Positions 13,709-25,143 of a DNA stretch of 64,000 bases are shown here, in pieces. The stretch's first letter is position 1. Each line of letters begins with the position of its first letter. The position numbers and the translations under genes are program-made. The stretch comes from Octopus sinensis (Eukaryota), in contig NC_042999.1 in the NCBI RefSeq assembly GCF_006345805.1, positions 141,174,001-141,238,000 of the forward strand. Direction: 5' to 3'. The notes beneath the pieces are model-generated. The model searched no databases, was not told the DNA's origin, and worked only from the letters and a program-made list of their open reading frames with translations.

Positions 13709-15012
13709 TTAATCAAATTAAATGTAGTCAAATTCATTGAAAGGACCAGTGCTCTGCTAAATTTTCAGATATAATAGAAAATTAGTTGGGTCAAAAAGGT
13801 TACAATAAAATATGTATTCAAAAATGAGAGATGAGAGAATAACATTTAGATGCAACTTCTAAGCAGTATAGTTACCTTTGTCTTTATCATTTTTGTTTTA
13901 ATCGCACTTAAGTTAAATATTTGATAGAAAGGAATCTATTTCTGTAAACCAAGTTAAAATCAGTGCGGTAGAAAAAAATTGAGATAAAAAGTGGTCAAAA
14001 CAAAAAAGTATTTATTCTTGATATTACCCATAAATCATCATATCTCTGTTATTTTAAAAGAAAATTTAGTATAATTAAGCTTCATTAAAAGATTTCAGTA
14101 GCAGGAATCCTTTTCTTTTCAAATTGGTGCCATAGAAAAAACTTATGGGGCAAAAAATAGCCAAATTTGAGAGTAAGGCCAAAATTAGTTGTCATGTCAT
14201 TATATTTTTGTTCTTTTCAGAAAGAAAAGTAGTGTAGAGTTTTCTAAAATCTAAATGAAGGAATAATAATTTTGAAAACTACATCAGAATTGGTTCAATA
14301 GAAAAACTTCTGAAATAAAAGTGGTCAAATTTGAGAATGATCTCAAATAAATATTGTGACACTGAAAATTGAGTATATAAAGGACAAAGTAGAGGGGTAG
14401 TATTGCATTGGTTCCAAATTTTGATTGGTTTGGTTACCTCAAGATGTGTGTTAGCTGTGAGTATGTAGAGAACAGACTTTAGAAGCAAGTTTAGGTGCAA
14501 AAACATCATTTTTCATTCAAATTTAATAAAAATGCCAAAATTCTTTGTGAATAAGATTATTCTTAGATTAATGCATAAATATGCCAATTTGAGCTCATTA
14601 AATAGTACATTTTACATGTTGTTTTCAAAGTGGTATTTATTTTTTTTAACAGTTGAGCAAGAATTGTTTTCTATATTTATTTGTGTACCAAATAGTAAAG
14701 ATTAATCAATGCATATAGTTAATATTTAAAATAATAAGTATGGCTGCTTAGCACCAAATTTAGGATTCTGGATTATAGTAGGAAAATTAATCAACTATAT
14801 TAAAATTTCATAAATTAATGGAATTAGGCATAGAAAATTTATTATTGCCAAATTTATTCTATGAAAAATGTTTTTTTATCTTATTTAAATGTTTAAAATA
14901 TTAAAAATTTTATAAAAATTGTTTTTAGTTTTAGCAATCATTTTTAAAACTTCTTTTAAATAGCTTTTACTGTTATTTTTCTGTTCATTTTTCTATCACT
15001 CTTATAAAGATC

Positions 15013-15198
15013 ATGTCAGAATTTGGCAAGGGCAGCAAAGGTATGAGTAAAAGAGACACCAAGTGACATTACAAGGTTCTACTTGACAAACTCCAAAGCT
15101 TCATGAAGCTGGCTATCTGATGCTTGGTTTGTCATAGTAGCATCTATAGCCTGATCTATGAGGTGACCCTCATAATTTGCATGAATGTGATCAGACCC
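15013..15198 (+). pseudogene. Histone H4 pseudogene (5' ~two-thirds, two stops, internal deletions)
   Basis: MSEFGKGSKGMSKRDTK*HYKVLLDKLQSFMKLAI*CLVCHSSIYSLIYEVT...NVIR aligns without gaps for 43 codons to H4 [43 protein letters not shown], then matches LIYE and NVIR. Confidence 0.85.
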
Positions 15199-16686
15199 CT
15201 TTTACTTCAAAGTGGTTAACTCATATTTGTTGTCCTGCTTTCTGAATTGAAGTGGTGTTTTTAAGTTTGTCTACTGCTGCTTTATTGGCATTCTCTCTTT
15301 TGTCTTGGGTTCCATGTTGGCATTTTTAAATAATTTACTTTCTGTCAATGTATAAAGTTTACTTTTTGACTGTAGATTAAACATCCTGAAAAACATTCAT
15401 TCTTAGCTTCCATATTTTTTGAGTTTTGTTTCAAAAGCAATCTTTTGTCAGTAGAAACTGCCAGTAAAAAAATGTACTAGCAGAAGTGATGATATTCTTT
15501 ATACATTGAATCTGGAAAAGTACAGGACAAGAAATGAAAGTTTAAAAATATTGAAGCTGAAGTAGGAATTTGAATTTATATTGTATTTTGGTGCATAGAA
15601 AAAAAAGTAAGAAAAAATTAAAAGGAGAATTAGTGTGGCCTTTAAGCAGCATGTTGGACATATTCTTTTATTCTTTTACTTGTTTCAGTCATTTGGCTGT
15701 GGCGATGATGGAACACCACATTAAAGGTTTCTTTTAGTTGGAGAAATTGACCACAGGACTTATTCTTTGTAAGTCTAGTCGTGAAATTTGAATGACCAGT
15801 TTCTTTCACTCATAGCACCCATGCAAATGCATGTCTGACTGGGAACCCACCAATCCTTTGCACTGAATGAGGAAGATTAATTAAATTTCTTGTACTTCAT
15901 CCCTCTTTCCCCAAACTAAACTCGTTTCCAGTTGCAGTTTATCTGTTTAAAAACTCTCGCCTCATATGTTTCCATTCCATTCCATTCTTTCGCCAAATGA
16001 TGTTGCGATGCTAAGCTAAGATTCTCTCATATTTTTCCGTTCTTTTGTACTTCTTTCACCATTAACAGTTTAAATGTATTATTTACTAACATACCAAGTC
16101 TGCGGGTAGTGCAAAGTCCCTTCCAGACCTAGAGTTATGTGGTGGTAGAATAGTATGGTAGACAAAGCCATTAGAGCAAAGAAACAGGCCTGGAAAGCCT
16201 GGAAGGGTGGGGGTAGCAGGGAACTGTACCAGGTAGCCAAAAGGGAGGCTGGGTGGCAGGTATACATAGCCAAGGGCAAAGCGGAAAAGAAGAATATTGG
16301 CAATGTCTAGCAACGTGAGGACCAAAGGACTGAAGCATTTCGGATTGCAAGACAGTGTGTGAGAGAAAATTGTGATGTCACAAGAGAGAAATGTGTCCAC
16401 ATGGATGATGGTGCACTTGCTTTTAATGATTCTGAAAAGAAAGAGGCTTGGAGAAGCCATAATGAAAGAATGTGGAGAATGAATGGGAGGAGGAGAGTCT
16501 GCCAAATGTTGACCCAGTAGAGGGACCAGCTATCCGAATAGACAGCTCCCTGGTAGATAAAGCAATTAAGGGTATAAAGCCAGGAAAAGCCCCCGGCCTG
16601 TCCGGAATCACTGCTGAGATGCTTAAAATATCTGATGGTGTCAGCTATGGCTTAATCACTTGCATTGTAAACCATTGTAAACCAGG

Positions 16687-17069
16687 CGCAATGGCCCAGT
16701 GGTTAGGGCAGCGGACTCGCGGTTGTAGGATCGCGGTTTCGATTCCCAGACCGGGCGTTGTGAGTGTTTATTGAGCGAAAACACCTAAAGCTCCACGAGG
16801 CTCCAGCAGGGATGGTGGTGATCCCTGCTGTACTCTTTCACCACAACTTTCTCTCATTCTTACTTCCTGTTTCTGTTGTACCTGTATTTCAAAGGGCCGG
16901 CCTTGTCACTCTCTGTGTCACGCTGAATATTCCCGAGAACTGCGTTAAGGGTACACGTGTCTGTGGAGTGCTCAGCCACTTACACGTTAATTTCACGAGC
17001 AGGCTGTTCCGTTGATCGGATCAACCGGAACCCTCGTCGTCGTAACCGACAGAGTGCTTCCATCCATCC
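16687..17069 (+). mobile_element. Young tRNA-derived SINE (~383 bp) inserted in the RTE
   Basis: A-box TGGCCCAGTGGTTAG, B-box GGTTTCGATTCCC, (CCAT)n tail, TSD AAACCAGG (16679-16686 and 17070-17077). Removing it restores the RTE frame TCIVNQVVHDG. CpGs are retained. Confidence 0.9.
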
Positions 17070-17718
17070 AAACCAGGTAGTTCATGATGGAGTCATACCC
17101 AACGACTGGCGTAGCAGCACCCTATTCAACTGCTACAAAGGTAAAGGTGATACTCTAGATAGAAATAACCACAGGGGTATCAAACTGCTGGATCAGGTGA
17201 TGAAGGTCATGGAGAGGGTCATAGTCCATCTCATTAAGGAGAGAATTTGCTTAGATGAGATGCAGTTCAGGTTTGTGCCAGGTAGAAGCACCAATGATGC
17301 CATATTCCTGGTTCAACAACTGCAGGAGAAATACTTAGCTAAAGATAAACCCCTATACTTAGGTTTTGTGGACTTGGAGAAAGCCTTTGACAGGGTCCCC
17401 CGATCCCTTATTTGGTGGGCAATGTGGAAACTGGAGATTGAAAAATGGTTAATAAGGGCTGTACAGGCCCTATACAGAGAGGCCATTAGTAAGGTTAGGA
17501 TTATCAAAGAGTATAGTGAAGAATTCCGAGTAGAAGTAGGGGTCCACCAAGGTTCAGCCCTCAGTCCCCTTTTATTCATCATTGTCCTCCAGGCAATAAC
17601 AGAGGAATTCAAGATGGGTTGCCCCTGGAAGCTCCTCTATGCTGATGACCTGGCCCTCATAACAGAATCACTACCAGAACTAGAAAAGAGAAATTTCATG
17701 TGTGGAAGCAAGGTTTAG
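17070..17718 (+). pseudogene. Reverse transcriptase domain of the RTE LINE
   Basis: Open stretch NQVVHDGVIPNDW...YADDLALI. The N-terminal part of track ORF 16957-17718 is SINE sequence read through by chance. Confidence 0.88.
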
Positions 17719-19654
17719 AATCAAAAGGCCTTAGAGTCAATATAGCAAAGACCAAAGTTCTAGTAAGTAGGAAGGCGAACTCATCACTCACCCACTCAGG
17801 TATGTGGTCCTGCTCAATCTGTAGAAAAGGTGTAGGTAGAAACTCCATATGATGTAACCAGTGTAAGCTATGAACACAGATGCAGCAATATCAAAAGAAG
17901 ATTAACCGAGAAGATAGCTTTCGTGTGCGGCAGATGCACAAGGGTAATAGACACCACAGATGCTCAGAAAACAGATTCCATCACACTCCAGGGGTAGAAA
18001 CTAGAAGTAGTTGATAGCTTCTGCTACCTAGGTGACCAAGTTAGTAGTGGAGGTGGATGCTCAGAGAGTGTTACCACTAGAATAAGAATAGCCTAGGTAA
18101 AGTTTAGAAAGCTTCTACCCCTACTGGTGACAAAGGGTCTCTTGCTCAGAGTGAAAGGTAGATTGTATGATGCATGTGTGCTACTGCCATGCTTCACGGC
18201 AGTGAAACATGGCTTGTGACTGCAGAGGACATGCATAGGCTCAAAAGAAATGAAGCTAGCATGATCTGCTGGATGTGTAATGTCAGTGTGCACACATGAC
18301 AGAGTGTAAGCGCCCTGAGAGAAATGCTGGACGTAAGAAGCATTGGATGTGGCTTGCAAGAGAGATGTTTGCGCTGGTATGGTCATGTACTACGGATGGA
18401 TGAGGAGAGATGTGTGAAGAAGTGCTACTCCCAAACAGTTGAAGGAATCTGGGATTGAGGTAGACCCAGGAAGACATGGGATGAGGTGGTCAAGCATAAC
18501 CTTCAAACATTGGGCCTCACAGAGGCAACGACGAAAGACCGAGAACTCTGGAGATATGCTGTGACTGCGAAGACCCGACAAATAAAATGAGTTCATGGCT
18601 GGATCCTACACCAGCTTCACATAGCCAGCCCCAGCCCATTCAAAGTACCTTGGATCATAGGACGACCTGCTGTGCTTACCTTGGATCGTAGACTGACCTG
18701 CTGTGCTTGAGGAGACCTATTGAGTCAAGTACATCAACATCAAAATAAAAATCAAATGGAAATTGTAGATGTGATACCCGTGCCGGTGGCACGTAAAAAG
18801 CACCATCCGAACGTGGCCGATGCCAGCACCACCTTGACTGGCTTCTATGCCGGCGGCACGTAAAAAGCACCAACTGATCATGGCTGTTGCCAGCCTCCTC
18901 TGGCTCCTGTGCTGGTGGCATGTGAAAAACACCCACTATATTCACAGAGTGGTTGGCATTAGGAAGGGCATCCAGCTGTAGAAATACTGCCAGATCAGAC
19001 TGGAGCCTGGTACAGCCTCCTGGCTTCCCAGACCCCGGTCAAACCATCCAACCCATGCTAACATGGAAAACAGACGTTAAACGATGATGATGATGAGATA
19101 GGAAAATTCATTCTTCAAGCTTTATAGAAGTCATGAATGTTGGTTGTGGTGGTGATGGTGGTGTTGGGGCAGTGGTGGCAGTGGAGGTGGTGGTTCTGAT
19201 GGTGGTGGTGAGTTTCTAAGTCTCAAAGGCCTAGGTGTGTTGGATTTTCAGACATAGATTCTGAAACCTTTGTCTCTAGTGGCAATAAATTTTTATTTTT
19301 CAGTGAAGGGAAGTAGAGCCATCCACTTTAAGTGATCAACACTTCTGTATACAGCTTTTTTTATTTATACACACAACATGCCCTAATCAACATGGTCTTC
19401 TCTCTTGCATGCTACATCTGATTCTTAAGCGCAAGATATATGTGTGTCTGTACAAACATGCAGGTATACACACACACACACACACAGAACTTATTTCCGT
19501 TTCCATCTACCAAATCCATTCAGAAGACATTGTTTGGCTTGGGATTATAGTAGACACTTGCCCAAATGTCATACGGTGGGAGTGAATCCAAAATCACATG
19601 ATCGGGAAGCAAACTTCTTAACCACACAGCTATGCCTGCACCAGTACTTATTCT

Positions 19655-19935
19655 AATGTGCCTGGGGGAATTAAAGACAAAGTTGAGGACATCAGTAAAG
19701 TGTTGCAATTAAATGCTACTAGGCATTTTATCAGACACTCTACCATTTTGTGACTCCTCACCTACTCCTCTGGAACATTGTAGCTCACTTCTGCAGTTTA
19801 TAGCAGTGCTTGGAAGGAAGGTGTGCAGCATGTGATCATCACAATAACCATGACAGAGAAAGTTGAACAGAGAATCTGCATCAAATTTTGCCAAAAGCTT
19901 AGCGATACCTGCTCAGAGGCCTACACAAAGTTTTC
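19655..19935 (+). mobile_element. Second mariner relic (5' UTR and transposase start), facing the first
   Basis: MTEKVEQRICIKFCQKLSDTCSEAYTK; shares gcagtgcttggaaggaaggtgtg...ccatgacagagaaagttg with the minus-strand copy. Confidence 0.72.
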
Positions 19936-20518
19936 GAAAAGTTTTCATCATTATCAACACAATCAAGGAGATCTTATACAGCTGAAACCCGAGTGTCTTT
20001 TTAGTCAGCTGATTGGCAGACACACATCTCATACCCAAATCCTCAGTGATAAAGGACTGAACTGAACTGTAACTAATCTGCACATCCTCTGATAACTCAT
20101 GGATGGTGATTTGATGATTTTCCTTCATAGTTGTATGCACATCTGCGATGTTTTTCTCAGTTCTGCTGGTTGCAGGTCTCCCAATATCAACATTTTTTGG
20201 CCATCTTGGAAACGTCTGAACCACATGTACACCTGTGTGCAGCTCATACACTCCTCTCCATACACTTTCTGCAACTTTGCGTAGGCCTCTGAGCAGGTAT
20301 CTCCATGGCAACTTTCTCTGTCATGGTCAATGCAACGATCATACACTACACACCTTCCTTCCAAGCACTGCTGTAAACAGTGGAAGTGGAATAGAACATT
20401 AACATTTAGTGCACATGCACAGCAGAGTTCATGGTCAATTTTTGTGAAGCGGCTTTACTCTGCATGCTTTCACTTCCTTACTATGGCAACAGTCTGGATA
20501 CTTATTGATCAGGCCTCA
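19930..20518 (-). mobile_element. Mariner (Tc1/mariner) relic: 5' TIR plus N-terminal transposase
   Basis: TIR TATGAGGCCTGATCAATAAGTATCC next to TA at 20519-20520. HTH region GDTCSEAYAKLQKVYGEECMS.TQVYMWFRRFQDG, then GRPATSRT...ITIHELSEDV...DLGMRCVSA. Confidence 0.8.
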
Positions 20519-20734
20519 TATGCATATATGGTACAAAAATACAACACAAAGATGAGGTTAAAAAATGAACACAGTGTGTGTGAGTTTGATGCTCAGGAAA
20601 TGGAAAACAAAGGAAATGTCTTTTACATTTCAAGTATTCACTCTTATTTTGAAAGATAACACAGACAAGGACAGAAAAGGATAGAGAAGGGAGAAATAGA
20701 AATATATGTGTATCCAACCATCACAGTGTATGTG

Positions 20735-20772
<38 letters not shown>

Positions 20773-21055
20773 CAGTGTACATTTAAACACATAAGAGATC
20801 ACCATAACAGGACATCTGACCTGCTAGAAGGAGTAGTTAAACTCCAAACCACTATTAGGGATAATTTTGAAAGAGAATGAAAAATAAAAACATTTACCCT
20901 CTATTTCCTATATACCACTGGTAGCAAAGAAATTTTCTTAATTTTCTTTGCTACCATGGAATTTATCTCTCTCTATATATAGATATTTATGCACACACAC
21001 ATGTATGCATATCTTTCTTTTATTGTTTACTTATTTCAGACATTTGACACTGTAG

Positions 21056-21101
<46 letters not shown>

Positions 21102-22329
21102 ATGCTTGTGCACATGTACACACATAACAGCTGTTTAATATTCACTTTTTCATGCTTGCATGGATTAGATGGAATTCATTGCAGCAGGTTTTCTATTTTC
21201 ACCTGTTTTGGAGCAAGTTATATTTCTCCATGGCCAGACATGTTTTTGTAGAGGATTCGAAATAAATAACACCTCTTGAATGATGGTGATGCTGGTTCAC
21301 AACAATCGCATGATGTCAAGACAAGGAAATACAAACTCACACACATACACACACTCCACCACACACACACATACCCCATACACACACACATACACACCAC
21401 ATACCATACCCCCACCCATGCACACGTATATCACCCACCTACCTACATCATACATACATGCAACAGGTTTCTTTCCATTTTCATCAACCAAATTCCACTC
21501 ACAAGGCTTTGGTCAGTCCAGGGCTATAGTAGAAAGCACTAACCCAAGGTACCACATAGTAGAATTGAACCCAAACAGTATGGTTTGAAAGCAAATTTCT
21601 TAGCCACACAGCCTTATATATATAACCATACAAACATACACACATGCATAATCACATGCAAACATACATGTGTGTAGATAAGTATGTAGAATATAGTGTA
21701 GTTAAGTGCTATATTTCATTTGTAGTGTTAATTCCATGCTCTTCTTTATGTTTAGTCATCTTGACTAAATTTGTGAGCTATCAATTTGTTTTACACAAAT
21801 AAATTTTCAATGAATTTTAAAAGATGGATCAAAGTACAATTTTTTAATTAACTAAATTAATATTTTTTTGCTTGTTGTTTTAAATATTTTTCTATTATGA
21901 ACATTTTAAGAGTACTTAAGAAGAACAATCTCTACATAGTTTGTTTTTCCTTTACCATCTAATATTAATGGTCTCAAATCAAAATGGATACAATAATCAA
22001 ATTAACAACACTTGAGTTGTTTATGCCTCACTGCTGTCATTTTTTTAAAACTAAACACTAAATTAGACTTAATTCAACTTCCCTATTTTTGACTAGCATC
22101 ATTTCCTGAAGCAAAATACTTTCTTGTGTACTTAATACAACAGAAATTGTAATTAAGCGTTGGCTTTATGAACTAGTTGGTATTAATAAAAAAATTTGTT
22201 CTTCTGATCATTCAGAATTGCTAAATGGATGTAATATTACCTTTTCACATTTCAGTAATGAGTTCATATCCTGCTGAGGACATTCTAGTTATCTTTTACT
22301 TGCCTTAGCTGAGAGACCTTGGCCTCATT

Positions 22330-22535
22330 CTCTGTCAGTCACGAGGACAAGTGTTTCAGTTGATATGATCAATGGAACAGCTTGCTTGTGAAATTAATGT
22401 GCAAGTGGATGAGCAGTCCACAGACACATGCACCTTAACATAGTTCTCAGAGTGATTCAATGTGACACAGAATGTATCAAGGCTGTCTCCTTGAATTACT
22501 GGTACAACTCACTTTTGCCAGCTGAGTGGACTGAG
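22330..22535 (-). mobile_element. Older copy of the 3' half of the same SINE family as 16687-17069
   Basis: Its reverse complement aligns with 16875-17055 (gtgtctgtgga...cacttacacgttaatttcacgagcaggctgttccgttgatc) with many transitions. Confidence 0.75.
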
Positions 22536-24067
22536 AGGAAGGTTACCAAAACTTCTTAGAAAACAATTTGTCATAGACAAGTGTCTTTTTAAAAAAAGAA
22601 TATGATTCTGATCAAAATAACTCTTCAGAAACTGGTTATAAAGTCAAATTTGAATCTTTTAGGTTTTAAAAAGAAAACTTTTTTTTCTTTTTTTATATTT
22701 TCATTAAGAAACTCATTCACCTAAACCAATCATTAGGATCTATAGCAGTACTCTGAGAGTAACAAGTCTATGGGTCTTACTTTGAGAATAATCTCATTTA
22801 TAGACTTCAAATGTGCTGTGCTGTGAAGTCATGGTCTTCAATCCTTAGTATATGTTTCAAAGAGGTTTAAATCATTGTCTCATACATCCTAGTTCACCTG
22901 ACTGTAAATACATGCTATATAGTGAGATAGAATTAATCACTGTAGATGGTTAGGGAACTGTATAGCTTACAAGTGTTTTTATCAATTGACATAATTCTCA
23001 AAGATGTTGAGAAGCAACAATCAACCACACCTGCATAGCTTTCAGTTCATTGCCTGTAATCATACATTTGTGGATGTCTCTTAAGACAGTTTTTAAAATT
23101 AGTTTGCTATAATTAAGTTAAATATCAAACCCACTAAACTCATACATTCTAATCTCATAAGAATTATGTTACTTTTTTAATCAAAAAGCAATGTCTTGTG
23201 CTTAATTTTCTATCTTGCTAGGGTGGTGGATTGGCAGATATGTAAGATCATTGGACCAGATGTCTTGTAATATTTGTTCCAACTCTTTGCATTCTGAATT
23301 CAAACCTCACTGTAGCTTTCCTGAGTGGTTGACTCAATCCATCACCTAGTTTAGCATCACCACTTGGCACCTTGGAAGCTTTTAGTGGAGTGCAAGCATT
23401 TGGACCAGATCTTTGGTTTGAGGCTATCTCCTCCCCACTCCCACCAATTACAGAAGCTCTGAAAATAATCTTGGACACCACTTTCCTTCTAGGTTAAAAG
23501 ATAAAAAAAAATGTAAGTTAACTCTTTCCCTCATCAAGAAGCAGGTAGATTTTCTGTGTCAGAGGTATATAATTCAGTCCCACTTGTTAATGGCATGTTC
23601 ATCCACTGCTTATTATGGGGTATTTTGCCACTCAGTATTCCCTACTCTGAGGTGGGTAAACTTGTATATTAAGAGTAAAGTCTCTTTAAATGGAAACAAA
23701 TACAACAGCAGTGACACAATATAAAACACGTCTCTCAGTTGGTGGCTGATATGCTATCAATTTGACCATCAACATTCTCAAAATAATTGTGCATTACCTG
23801 TTATTGTTTGATAGACAGATCATAGACAATGATTCAGTGTGTGTAGAGGGTGTAGCTAAAGTCAAAGTTTCATATCCAGTCTGTAGCGTTGCAATGTGTC
23901 ACTTGACCCAGGCATCTGTACTACATTGTAAAGTTAATGAGAGATTTGTTAGCTTACAGAAATTATTTCAGTACCACCAATAATGTATATTCTTGTGAGT
24001 TAAGCACTTAAGCCAGAAATACTGCATAGCGCCAATGACAGGACATGAACTATCAATTTAGTATATA

Positions 24068-24190
24068 CTAGGTTGAGGAAAAAGTTTGTGTGCTGTGTTA
24101 AAATAATGAACTGAATGAACACATGCACCGCAAAAATATATAAAAAAACCATTATTTCAACACAGCACACAAACTTTTTCCTCAACCTAA
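24068..24190. mobile_element. Mariner-type MITE (123 bp)
   Basis: ~41-bp TIRs (taggttgaggaaaaagtttgtgtgctgtgtt.aaataatg) with 1-2 mismatches, flanked by TA on both sides. Confidence 0.85.
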
Positions 24191-24221
24191 TATATAATGT
24201 GTGTGTGTGTGTGTGTGTGCG

Positions 24222-25062
24222 ATCATCATCAATGTCTATTTTCCAGGAGAGTTGCACCAAGTTCCAGTCTGATCTGGCTTGGTTTCTATGGCTGGATGCC
24301 CTTCCTAATGCCAACCATTTTACAGTGTGTGCTGGGTGCTTTCGGTGTGGCATGGCACCACACAAGTGCTTTTATGTGGCATTGGCATACAACTCTTGCA
24401 GACCTTGGCACTTCTGTTGTGGAGGATGGGTCTTCTTGCATATGACAAGGTGCCAGGTATTTCAGTTCTTTCTCATCTCATCTCAAAGGTTCAGCATCTG
24501 GAGATCGTCTTTCACCACTTTGTCCTGTGTCTCCCTCTTCCACATGTTCCATCCACTTTGAGAGATTGGCACTTCTATATGGAGCTGTCAGCATACATCT
24601 ACATCACATGACCAGAACAGTGCAGTTTTCTCTCTTGCACACTGCATCTAATTCCTCTTATATCTAACTTCTCTCTCAATACACCATCGCTGTTGAACGT
24701 GTACACTTACATTACACATCCAGCAGAGCATACAAGCCTTGTTTACTTTCTAGCATACACATGTCCTCTGCATTCATGGCCCATGTCTCGCTTCCATTGT
24801 AGAATTGTTCTTCATATACATGCATCATACAATCTTCTTTTCACTTGGTGAGAGAATAGGATAAAGAAAATTCAGATAGGATAAAGAAAATCTTTATCCT
24901 ATCTGAATTTTCTTTATCCTATTCTTATTCTAGCTATTACACTTTCAGTACATCCTTCCCCTCTACTAATTTGATCCCCTAGGTAGCAGAAATTATTCAC
25001 TACCTCTAGTGAGCCTCCAGGGTATATGAGAAAATTAGTTTCCCAGAGTATCTGTGGTTTAG
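24222..25062 (-). mobile_element. RTE LINE 3' fragment
   Basis: YPGGSLEVVNNFCYLGDQISRGEGC.ESVIARIRIG; RTE 3' UTR motif (ggctggatgcccttcctaatgccaacc on +); (CAT)n tail. Confidence 0.8.
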
Positions 25063-25112
25063 AGAGAGAAAGAGAGAGAGAGAGAGAGACAGAATGAAAG
25101 AAAGAAAAGGAG

Positions 25113-25143
<31 letters not shown>

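Larger units (their letters stand above)
16094..19096 (+). mobile_element. 5'-truncated RTE-clade LINE, decayed, interrupted by a SINE
   Basis: RT-upstream region (PGKAPGLSGITAEMLK), RT motifs FVDLEKAFDRVPR, GVHQGSALSPLLF and LLYADDL. 3' UTR contains GGTTGGCATTAGGAAGGGCATCCAGCTGTAGAAA and ends in a (GAT)n tail. Stops and frameshifts present. Confidence 0.93.
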
